Shown piece by piece: positions 24,838 through 35,905 of a stretch of DNA of 64,000 bases; position 1 is the stretch's first letter, and every line of letters starts with the position of its first letter. Location: positions 36,394,001 through 36,458,000 of the forward strand of contig NC_043002.1 in NCBI RefSeq assembly GCF_006345805.1. Reading direction: 5' to 3'. The translations under genes and the position numbers were made by a program. The notes beneath the pieces are model-generated. The model had not been told where the DNA came from. It saw only the letters and a list, made by a program, of their open reading frames with translations, and ran no database searches. The stretch comes from Octopus sinensis. Its lineage: Eukaryota.

Positions 24838-26500
24838 CTTTATTGTTTAAAAGGGGACTAAACAAAGAGGGGACAATACAGGACATTACAAAGTGGGGTA
24901 AAAATTGAATGAAAAATGATTATATAAAGATGAAATAATGGTTACCTGGGCCCCACGACCTAGGTAACATCACTGGACATTTTTAAAATTTACATAATTT
25001 TCAAGATTTTCTTTTTTACTTTGCTTGGTGTTGTTTGTGAAGTCACTACAGTTTTTTATCTTTTGTTTTTTGAGTGTTTTCATCCATCTCTGGTGTTATT
25101 TGTTCTTGTGTTCATGTTTGTATATTTTTGTCTTTAAACTTTGTTTGTGAAAAAGAGAGAATGAGCATTTTTCTTCTTTCTCTCCCTCCAAGCAACCTTC
25201 CATTCACTGCCACTTACCTCTGCAAACAGTACAGGACATTACAAAGTGGGGGTAAAAGATCGAATAAAAAACGAGTGATCATATAATGAAAAAGATAAAA
25301 TGATGGTTACCTGGGCCCCATGACCCAGGTAACATCATTGAACAGTTTTACAATGTACATAAATTTTCAAAAATTCTCTTTTTTACTTTGCTTGGTGTTG
25401 CTACAGTTTTTATCTTGTCTTTTCTCAGTATTTTCTGTTGTCTCTGATGTTTTGTGATCTTGTGTGTTCTTGTTTGAATGTTCATGTTTAAAAATTTTTT
25501 TGGTTTGTGGGTGGGAGAGAATCAGTGTTTCTGTTTTTTTTCTGTTCTTTTCCTCCCAGCAACATTCCATTTACTGTCACCTCTGTAGATGTTGATGTTA
25601 ACTGTCCTCCCTTGTCATGACCATCTCTCTCTCCACCATCACCTCATCCTTTGTAGACATTGAAGTTGACAGTGTGTCTTCCTTTGATGAAACCATCACC
25701 TCCTCTTGCTTCTCCTTGTTCCTCCTCTTCCACTCTCTCCTGCTGCACACTGGCCTCCTGCCTTTCTCCCTGTGCTTCAGATTGTAGGACCTGGGTGTAC
25801 GTTTTTCTTATGTGCCCTTTCTGTCCGCACCCAAAGCACTTTAGAATTCTGCCCTGTACGGCTACCTTCAGCTTCGTATCATCCAAAAGAATGATGAATT
25901 CTGGTATATTGTCAGTGTCTGCTGGTGTGGCTTGAATTGTTGCTCTTATGACCCTGCCACACCAGTTCAGGACACTTCTCTCCTGCATCTCCATAAATGT
26001 CACCTGTTTTATATTAGCGAAGGTGGCTTCCAAGAGCAATGTCAGTTTGATTTCCGGTGCGAACCCTTTTATAAATATTTTTGTTCTTTTACCGGGGTGT
26101 GTCCACAAAAGAGCTTGTTCATTGATCTGCAACAATATTGCAAAGTCGACCCATGCATCACCCTCAATTATTGACTGAGCCTCCACTGTACCATATTTCT
26201 TTCCACATTTTACAAAAGTTAATTTTATACATAATAGGCTTCAATGCCTTTACTATTTCTTCTATGGATGCTACCTCTGTCTTTTTGGTCTTCAGAGATA
26301 GCATCCTGTATAACACCATTAGGGTTTGGAATTTCTTCATGGACTCTGGCTTGATGGATAACCATTTTCTAATAGACGTTCATAGTCTCTTCCTTTTTTT
26401 AGAGTGGGCGGTCCCACTTAATGCCTCGTCCATCGTGACGCGCACAGGATACAGGCATTTTAGTCATAGCCAGCACGAACCCACTGTCCCTTAAAATATT
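24838..26500 (-). mobile_element. Tandem ORF2-less (HAL1-like) Tx1 derivatives: E1 (24838-25228) and E2 (25229-~26500)
   Basis: ORF1 (25644-26470, CFGCGQKGHIRKT) is followed after ~250 nt by the Tx1 3'UTR hairpin, with no EN or RT sequence. The 3' part is present twice as diverged copies. Confidence 0.75.
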
Positions 26501-26782
26501 AATATGATAGTTTTAAAAAAGGTAAAAAATATCTAAAAACATCTTATTGAACGGGTTTCTAAATTGTCTAGTCCGGTGTTCTTTTTAATTTTTCTTTTCT
26601 TATTTAGGTCCCGTCCCCACCGAAACAAGGCCTTAAATCCTTGCTACCCCTTGTAGAAAATTTATAAAATAAAATAAATTAAAAAAAAAAAATACTGCAG
26701 GGTCTCCAACAAACCAACCGCTCGGTCTTCAAAAAAAAAAAAATTAGGTTGAAGACTTCATGGAGTCGGTAGGGACACTTGT

Positions 26783-28510
26783 CTTTTTATTTTTTATTTA
26801 ATCCTAAAGTTTATGTACTAGGTTTAAGACCCTATAATGAGGGCTAGTCTCTCAGCATATATGTACAAATGAGAGCCGTCCGGCTAAGAAGTCGTCGAAA
26901 TGACCTGTCTTTTATGCCCAAGGCGTCCAGTGCCTGACTTGCAGGTCGGCACCACAGGCACCAATTGGGAGTCCATGCACCTCTACCGGCCGGCCGAACT
27001 CCTGCAAAAGCAATTGCACGAGCGGTTGGTATTTGCGCACTTTCTCGAGGGCAGCCTCTTTCAAGGCTTCCCTCTGCTCCAATCTGACAGTCACGTCAAT
27101 GACCACTACCCTTTCTGGACGGCTAAAGACCAGGTCAGGTATCAGCCTAGAGCCGCTTATGATATAAGACGGCTCCACACTGACGCTCCAACCATGGTCT
27201 ACAGCTTCCTTCACCACCAGGCCACATATTTTATTATGCCTTTAAGAGCACCCTTTAAGGCCCTTTAAGAGCACCACATACTCCGCTGACGTGAGAGATA
27301 GTCTCTGCTCCTAATCTACATCTCGGACACGTGGAATCACCACAGAGACCACGTGTCAGAGTTTCACGGGTAGGAAATACGTTAGAGTGCATCTTGAGCA
27401 AACTCAAGAAGCACCCCTCCGTAATCCTACCCGGCCTACTTATCCAACTATGGCCTATTGCGTCCCCATGGTACGCCGCTGCACACATCCCCTGCACCGG
27501 CTGGGCCGCCCATCTATGGGAGTGCACCAGCCGGATGTCAGGGTCGTATTCAGCCGTGCACGCAAGTAGCAAAGGCAAATTGTAAGATACTATCAGTTGC
27601 TAGTTCTGTTCGGCTAATCCTGCAGAATCAGCAATCTAAACGAAACTTCCGACTTGAGATCAAACTCCACGTGGAGATGTTTACACCTAGATAAGATACT
27701 CTCTCCCCCGGTTCTACCTTTTTAATAGTGACACCATCGTTATTCGGCGGGATGTTCTCATTGACGAGATAGGACTTGCCCCAGCCGCGGATGGAGAACT
27801 TTCTGACATTAAGCCCCAGTCCAACTGCGCGATAGAACTCCAGACATCTGTCTATAAGAGCCTGGAGACCATCGTGCGATTTTGCAACTAGGGCCATGTC
27901 GTTGGCGTATGCAATTCCATCCATCCGGATCCCCTCAACTTGCAAATCCCCACAGCCGGATAACACATCTAGCAGCGGGTGAGTTACCATGTTGAAGAGG
28001 ATTGGCGGGAGCGCATCCCCCTGTCTAACACCCCGACGAATCTCTATGGGTTCACTAAGTTGCCCACCGACTGAGAATCTGGTAGTACTGCCTTTGTTGA
28101 TCCCCTCCACGAGTGCTATAACGTGTTTGTTGAACCCAAGTCTCCGCAGTCCCACATACACTAACAAGTGCGAGACTGTATTGAAGGCCTTGGAGAGATC
28201 CAAGAAGGCAACCTCCAGCCGCGGTATTCTCAGTCGTGCTGGCTTCCCCATCGCGCGACTGACGAGCTGCCGAAGGAGAAATGAATTCTCACTGCAGCCG
28301 TCAGTGTAGATAAAGCCTCTTTGGCTTGAGTTAAGGGGAGTTACCTGAAGCATGCGCTTGGCGACCATTTTCGAAAATAAATGATATGCTGCAGAACATA
28401 TCGTAATTGGTCGCCAATTTGCAAGATCGTAGGGGTCATCTGCCCTCTTTGATACGAGGACAGATCTACCCCGCTTCAGGATATCGGGTACCTTACCTGC
28501 CAGCAACATG
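26783..28510 (-). mobile_element. 3' half of an R2-clade non-LTR retrotransposon (RT, CCHC knuckle, restriction-like endonuclease, short 3'UTR)
   Basis: LANWRPITI, AFLDLSKAFNTVSH, RGVRQGDALPPILF, AYANDMAL; CPRCRLGAETISHVSGVC; IPDLVF..VIDVTV..KVRKY; C-terminus ALDALGIKDRSFRRLLSRTALICTYMLRD* (stop 26844-26846); A-rich end at ~26783-26800. Confidence 0.9.
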
Positions 28511-29893
28511 TGTTAGCTTGTCGCGTAATACAATAATCCAAAGGATTGAAGAACTAGCCGAAAATACGGAAATGCAGTTGAACAAACTTTGTAAAAACTT
28601 CGAAACTTACAGCATTGCCATTGACGAATCTACTCACATGACTGATACACCACAACTGGCGATTTTCATGAGAGGTGTTGATTCAAGTTTTAATATCACT
28701 GAAGAATTACTTTCTCCATGCCCCATGAAAGAAAATTGCACAGGTGCTGCTGTTTTCAAAGAAATCGATATTGCACTCGAAAAGGCGGGACTGACTTACA
28801 ATCGCCTGGTGGGAATTGCTACCGATGGTGCACCGACCATAATCGGCAAGGAACAAGGCTTGCATGGTTTCATCCAGAGAAAACTGGAATCCCTGAAAGT
28901 GAGTAAAGACCAAATATTGTGGTACCATTGCATTATACATCAGGAATCACTTTGCTCCAAAATCATTAAGTTTGATCAAGTCATGGATAATGTCATGAAA
29001 GCTGTCAACTTCATTCAGAGTTGCGTGTTAAATCATCGACAGTTTCGAAATTTTCTTGATGAGATAAACGCCGAATTTTCTGGCATTCCTTACTTTACCG
29101 GGATCAGGTGGCTCAGCCGTGGACGTACTTTGAAACGCTTTTACGATATTCGAGAACATGTGGCAGCATTTCTTGAAGCAAAAGGAATTTATGCATCAAA
29201 TTTGATGACGACAAATGGATGAATAATTTTTCCATTCTGGTGGACATTACAGACAAGCTGAATGAGTTGGATGTGCGGTTACAAGGAAAAGAAAAACTCA
29301 TCCATAATTTGTTTGGGGAGGTGACAGCTTACCAAAAGAAACTGGGTTTGTGGATTACTCAAATTGCTGACAGCAATTATGTTCACTTTCCTTGCCTTTA
29401 GGAACATTTCAGCACATTTCAGCCATAAACCGGGAATTTTTTGTGAGCTAGTTAAAACGGATGCAGGAAGAATTTGCCAGGAGATTTAAGGATTTCCGTG
29501 CTTGTGAAGACCAGCTGAAAATTTTTTCAATGCCTTATGATGTGGATCAGACAGACAGACATTGAGCTTCAAATGGAAATGAATGAATTACAAAGTGACT
29601 TTGATGTCAAGAGTCAGTTTTTAAATAGGAATCTAATGGACTTCTACAAATACGGTCTGCTGCACACTCAATATCCAAATCTTACTTGCTACTCAAAAAG
29701 TTTTCTCGTTTTGTTCGGTTCGACATGGATATGTGAATACCTCTTCAGTCGCATGCAACTGGTAAAATCGAACAAAAGAAAGTATTTGAGTGATGCTCAT
29801 CTCGAAAATGAAATCCGACTGGCTTTAACAAATATTCTGGCAGACATTGAAAAGCTTCTTGATGACTCGAAACAATTTCAAATTTCTCACTGA
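28511..29893 (+). mobile_element. hAT (SPIN/Charlie, GTF2IRD2-like) transposase fragment without recognisable TIRs
   Basis: LSRNTIIQRI, SIAIDESTHMTDTPQLAIF, TDGAPT, HCIIHQESLC, IRWLSRG, FGSTWICEYLFSRM. Confidence 0.9.
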
Positions 29894-30203
29894 TATTTTC
29901 GTTCATTACCGGTATACATTTTCCTTGCAAGACGGAAAAAAGTGGTCAACAAACAGCCACAGATCTCAAATTTTCATCTCTCAGAGACCAGTTGAGCACT
30001 TTATCGTTAAGCCAAATTACAATTCCGTTTCTCAGAGATGGGGGTTCGATTCAAGTGACTGTTGATAATTGGGTAATAATGCCCAATTATTTTATGGTTT
30101 TCATGGCAATACTGCGTTCGAAATATAACTTTGAATGATAAAATACACTTTCCACGTGTTGTTGTGGGATAATCTACGTCAACAAGGAGCGAAGAGGACT
30201 GCT

Positions 30204-32645
30204 GGATAGCTGGGTCCATTGATTTAATCTCACTAATTGTGAGACCATCCAGACCCGCCGCTGAGATCTTCATTTTTCTACGACTAATTTTAACCTCCTC
30301 CATTGGAGAACGGTCTCAAAATAGAGCCGTTCTCAACCTGGGAGGAGGAAGGGTAGTCAGTTAGATCGACCTCAGGGCCTGGAGCAGATAGCCTCCCTCT
30401 ATAGAAGTCCTCTATAGTGTAGAGTGGGATTGGGCATTCCTGTTCCGTATCCTCGCCTAAGACAACTGCAACGAGCCTCTCTTATCTTTTTTAAATAAGT
30501 ACTGGTGGTGAGCGTATGCAAGTCGCCTACCCCGCCGCCGAAAATTGGCTTTATTTTTAGTAGACCTAACACTAATTCTCCTGGTGGTTTCTTCCCTACG
30601 TGATTTGTAGTGCTCCACCCAGTCCTCTACTCTCAAAAGAGCCTTGAGCAGCCGAGGTCCCGTTTTCTACGAGTTTCAATAGGGCCTCGGAGAAGACCGC
30701 GGACCAACGGGTGTGTCCGGGACATGCAGCATTGAGGAAGCAATCCTTCCAGTCTAAGTTAGACTGGGGTCCTCCCTCGATATGTGGCTGGGAATCGACC
30801 GCAGACCGTTCTGACCCTTGGTGACTCACACAAGTCTTTTTGGCCAGAGCAGCCCTCTTAGATCCTACCTGTTTGGCAGTCTTGCCAGGTAGGAACTGTG
30901 CGATGGCTGCATTTATCTGCCTTACCCCTGCCTTCAAAAGCTCTGCCTCCTTCTCAACGAGGACCACTACTTCTTCGTCTGACCAACAGCCTCTGCGTCT
31001 TCGACCCGATGCCTCAGCAGCAGCTGCCCGATCGGCATGCTTTTTCGCCACTTGCTCTATGTGAGCAGCAATCCTGCATGCATTAGCAACCGCAGGATGC
31101 TTATAGCGTACGTGCTGTGATCGGCCTACAGCCGTCAGAAAAGAACGGCCGCATTGGTCGCATTGGAAGGAAAACAGAGCAGGACTAGGGGTAGGTGCTC
31201 TAGATGCACCATCGCACAAGCTGGCGTGGCACCTCATTGAATGCAGGTGTCAACTTTCCCTACCACATTTGCTACATCTGTAGACAGGCCTCATGCCATG
31301 TCTACATTCTAAATGTTCTCCCCATCTTGGGGGAGAAGAGAAGCGCAGAGGACATAGCGGACAGGCTATGGAGCACAACGCGCAGGGAATTGTCAGCGAA
31401 AATTCGCTCCCTACTGGAGTGAGGCTTGATACCCTCACTACCTCCTCTCGGTCCATTTCTAAATTAAGAGAATGGACGTCATGGGGGAGGTCCCTAGCAA
31501 CCCCATCTCGGTCCATTTCTAAAGAAAGAGAATGGACGTCATCGATGGGGTCCAGTGCTAGGTCTAACGGGAGCTGAAAGCCTTTAACCACCAGGGAATA
31601 ATGCCCGTAGTTTAAACTAAAAGTGCCCTGTCTATTTCTGTAATACGTCAGTGTCGGGCGCAAAAGAGAGCGCCTGACACCGGTCCAGTCATTGTTGGGT
31701 GAGCCACCAGTACTACCTTGCAGAGGAGATGGCTCATTGTCCCCTGCAGGGGAAGGTCACAGTACGGCCAAATGCATCTGGGCAGTGCGTTCAGCCTGAC
31801 CTGCGGGCCCCGTCCCGGACCCACAGTCCACCAGTTTGGCGGCGACTGGCTGCCGTTTGTTTTTTAAACTTATTCTTCATATCCATATGTCTGAGTGGCA
31901 ATTTCCATGGGTCCATGGCTGAAACGATTAAGTTGAACTTAAAGAAGGCGCAACACCACCTCCACCGAGTAAGGCAAGCAAAACCACTACTCCAACCGAC
32001 TAGAGTACCCTCCGGCCCACTAAATCGCCTCCCAACAGCAGACCGCGAGTGGCTCCGCCCGTCAGTGACTCCACCCCAAGGGTGTATCCACCTGCTGAGT
32101 AAAACCCAGCGGAAAAACCACTGAGTCCTGACAGGTCGTAGTATACCAGACCTCCCTGCTGGTGTACTCAAGCCTGAGCACAACCAGCCAGGTCCCAAGG
32201 GGGTAATCAACGCCAGGCACGGCCTGTCAGTGCATCCACCCCAGATCAGCAGCGGTTTTCGATAGCACCGCTGGCTGGGGTCATAAAAGACAGGCCCCTT
32301 CACTCGGGCCCAATAGGGATCCAGTGGCCCCGCCCCCACAAGGAACCACCCAAACATCTCTCCTGTACTCTCTCCTGAATCAATGGAATATTCCGAGTCT
32401 TCTTTGCTCTCTCAGAGCTCACCAAACATATTGTTTTTCCTTTTGTGCAGGCACACCCCCTCACAAAATGTAAATAATTAGCCCCTAAACATGGCTAACA
32501 GCAGGAAACAAGCCTGTAAAAGCCAACTTGCAGTTATATTTGATGTGGACAAGGAGGAGGAGTCTCTTGTTTCCATGGCTGAAATTAAGTTGTTTTATAG
32601 AGGCAAGTTCTCCAGTCCAGACCTGGAAGTAGATTGAAGCATGTA
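30204..32645 (-). mobile_element. 5' half of the R2-like element, unit 1 (three zinc fingers, Myb, pre-RT region, GC-rich leader)
   Basis: CPLC..HLECRH, CSKC..HASLC, CDQC..HVRYKH; Myb RGCWSDEEVVVL..LPGKTAKQV; AAGLDG pre-RT motif. Consensus start ATG at 31914-31916. Confidence 0.88.
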
Positions 32646-35600
32646 TCAGGTACCTTACCCGCCAGCAACATGCAGTTGCAGATATTTGCAAGGATAGTTG
32701 GGTCCATTGATTTGATCTCACTAATTGCGAGACCATCCGGACCCGCCACTGAGGAGATATTCATTTTTCTACGACTAATTTTAACCTCCTCCACGGAGAA
32801 CGGTCTCAAAATAGAGCCGTTCTCAACCTGGGAGGAGGAAGGGTAGTCAGTTAGATCGATCTCAGGGCCTGGAGCAGATAGCCTCCCTCTATAGAAGTCC
32901 TCTATAGCATAGAGTGGGATTGGGCATTCCTGCTCCGTATACTTGCCTAAGACAACTGCAAGGAGCCTCTTCCTATCTTTCATAAATAAGTCCTGGTGGC
33001 GGGCGTATTCAAGTCGCCTACCCCACCGCCGAAAATTGGCTTTATTTTTAGTAGACATAACACTAATTCTCCTGGTGGTTTCTTCCCTACGTGATTTGTA
33101 GTGTTCCACCCAGTCCTCTACTCTCAAAAGAGCCTTGAGCAGCCGAGGTCCCGTCTTCTACGAGTTCCAATAGGGCCGCGAACCAACGGGTGTGCCCGGG
33201 ACTTGCAGCATTGAGTAAGCGATCCTTCCAGTCTGTCAGACTGGGGTCCTCCCTCGATATGTGGCTGGTAATCGGCCGCAGAACACTCTGACCCATGATG
33301 ACTCACACGAGCCCTTTTGGCCAGAGCAGCCCTCTTAGATCCTACCAGTTTGGCAGTCTTGCCAGGTAGGAACCGTGTGATGGCTGCATTTATCTGCCTT
33401 ACCCCTGCCTTTGAAAGCTCTGCCTCTTTCTCGACGAGGACCGCTACTTCCTCATCTGACCAACAGCCTCTGCATCTTCGGCCCGATGCCTCGGCAGTGG
33501 CTGCCCGATCAGCACACCTTTTCGCCAATTGCTCTATGCGAGCAGCAATCCTGCGTGCATTAGCAACCGCAGGGTGCTTATGACGTACGTACTGTGATCG
33601 GCCTACAGCTGTCAAAAATGAACAGCTGCTGTGGTCGCATTGGAAGTAAAACAGAGCAGGACTAGGGGTAGGCACTCTAGATGCACCATTGCACAAGCCG
33701 GCATGGCACCTCATTGAATGGAGGTGTCCACTTTCCCTACCACATTTGCTACATCTGTAGACAGGCCTCACGCCATGCCTACATTCTAAATGTTCTCCCC
33801 ATCTAGGGAGGGGTAGAAGAGAAGCGCAGAGGACATAGCGGACAGGCTATGGAGCACAATGCGCAGGGAATTGTCAGTGAAAATTCGCTCTCTGCTAGAG
33901 TGAGGCTTGATACCCTCACTACCTCCTCTCAGTCCATTTCTAAATTAAGAGAATGGACGTCATGGGGGAGGTCCCTAGCAACCCCATCTCGGGTTCATTT
34001 CTAAAGAAAGAGAATGGACGTCATCGATGGGGTCCAGTGCTAGGTCCAGTGGGAGCTGAAAGCCTTTAACCACCATTGAATAATGTCCGTAATCTAAGCT
34101 AAAAATGTCTTGTCTTTTCCTGTGATACGTCAGTGTCGGGTGCAAAAGAGAGCGCCCGACACTGGTCCTGTCTTTGTTATGTGAGCCACCAGTATTACCC
34201 TGCAGAGGAGATGACTCATTGTCCCCTGCAGGGGAAGGTTGCAGTACGGCCGAACGCAACTGGGCTGTGTGTTCAGCCTGACCTGCGGGCCCCGTCCCGG
34301 ACCCACAGGCCACCAGTTTGGCAGCGCCTGACTGCTGTTTGTTTCCTAGCTTATTTTTCAATTCCATATATCTGTGCGGCAATTTCCATGGGTCCCTGGC
34401 TGAAACGATTAAGTTGAACTTAAAGAAGGTGCAAGACCATCCCCACCGTGTAAGGCAAGCAGTACCATTACCCCACCTGACTAGTATACCCTCCGGCCCA
34501 TTAAATTGACTCCCAACAGCAGACCGTGAATGGCTCCGCCCGTCAGTGACTCCACCCGTCAGTGACTCCACCCCAAGGGTGAGGCCTGGTAGCGCATCCA
34601 CCTGCCGTGTAAAACCCAGCGGAAAAACCACTGAGTCTCCCTGCTGGTGTACTCAAGCCTAAGTACAACCAGCCAGGTCCCAAGGGGGTCATCAACACCA
34701 GGCAAGGCCTGTCAGTGCATCCACCCCAGATCAGCAGTGGTTTTTCGATAGCACCGCTGGCTGGGGTCATAAAAGACAGGCCCCGTCACTCGGGCCCAAT
34801 AGGGATCCGGTGGCCCCCACAAGGAACCACATAAGAACCCCCAGACCCTCCAACAATCAAACAAAATAATGTAAGGACCCTTCCAGTGACACTTCAGGTA
34901 CCCCCAAAGTATATCAGAAGAGGACCCAACCGAACTCCTAAAGTTCCCAAGTGGGAACCCCCATGACCTACCATCAGAAGACAAAAAACCAAGCCGGGCC
35001 AGCCACTATTTGACCAGCACAGGACTACTAGGGGCAGGCCAGCGGCCACCTACCCACCCTAGCGGGGAGGCTAACACATCCCAATCAGGATCACCCATGT
35101 TCCACATGGTCCCCACCAAATTACTTGGCACCGCTTTGGGGAAGAAGGACACGTTTAGTTTATCCAATGTGAGGGCCTCATCCAGCATCGCACGAAGCAT
35201 ATCCGGCATCGCCCCCACATGGACGTAAGCTCTTTCACCACGCCATGGTAGTGTCCATAAGGGTGAAGTCTGGCAGTGCATCCACCTGCTGAGTAAAAAA
35301 CAGTGGACAAACCACTGAGTCCCGACAGGTCATAATATACCAGACCTACCTGTTGGTGAATCCACCTCATAGAGGTCATAACCAACAGGCCCCATGAAAG
35401 AGTGCATCTCTCCTGTACTGTCTCTCCTGAATCACTGGAATATTCCGAGTCTTCTTTGCTCTCCCAGAGCTCACAAAACATTGTTTTTGATTTTGCGCAG
35501 GCACACCCCCCATAAAATGTAAACAATTCGCCCCTAAACGGGGCTAACAGCAGGAAACAAGCCTGTGAAAGCCAATTTGCAGTTATATTTGATGTGGACA

Positions 35601-35696
35601 AGGAGGAGGAGTCTCTTGTTTCCATGACTGAAATTAAGTTGTTTTATGGAGGCAAGTTCTCCAGTCCAGACCTGGAAGTAGATTGAAGCATGTATC
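32646..35696 (-). mobile_element. 5' half of the R2-like element, unit 2 (tandem duplicate, longer leader)
   Basis: Collinear with 30204-32645 and with 28487-28510; contains an extra ~480-bp block at ~34800-35280. Confidence 0.88.
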
Positions 35697-35905
35697 TGGC
35701 CTCCATCAAAATGGGCAACAGCATGCTTTTAAAACCACTCACTCTTTTTGAGGTTTTGGTTGTATATTGTGACATGAGATCCACTTCTGCAGGGCCAGAT
35801 GGGGTAATGTTCAAGGTGGTTCAATCATTGGGTCTTGCTGTCCTTGTTAATATATTTAACAGCATGTTGCTGGTTGGGAAGATTCTTGATGTCTTGAAGC
35901 TAAGC
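35540..35905 (+). mobile_element. Older, divergent R2-family fragment in the opposite orientation
   Basis: Plus-strand AVIFDVDKEEESLVSMTEIKLFYGGKFSSPDLEVD..LLKPLTLFEV..STSAGPDG..LVNIFNSMLLVGKILDVLK aligns with the minus-strand AVVLGKYTEQECPIPLYAIEDFYRGRLSAPGPEID..ILRPFSVEEV..SVAGPDG..LANICNCMLLAGKVPD. Confidence 0.75.

Noticed and set aside
26740-26800. 28S rDNA target or any rRNA gene next to the R2 element
   Set aside because: No rRNA-like sequence is visible.
30070-30090. WVIMPN resembling a RAYT/HUH transposase motif
   Set aside because: It is a six-residue match without the HxH pair, in a short closed frame.
32030-32110. Possible HDV-like ribozyme in the R2 leader (sense gcc-actcgc-ggt followed by ctgctg, with cagcag upstream)
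   Set aside because: The L3 loop lacks the UCC needed for P1.1, and I found no P2 partner or catalytic J4/2 strand. A descriptor search (RNArobo/Infernal) of the leader would settle it.
32570-32600. Second acceptor plus Kozak look-alike (caacttaatttcag|ccATGG; also at 35620-35645) and the 156-aa ORF starting there
   Set aside because: It is the antisense of the SM(A/T)EIKL codons of the plus-strand R2 remnant, and the ORF is stopped early in the other unit. The 20-nt resemblance to 31914-31935 remains unexplained.
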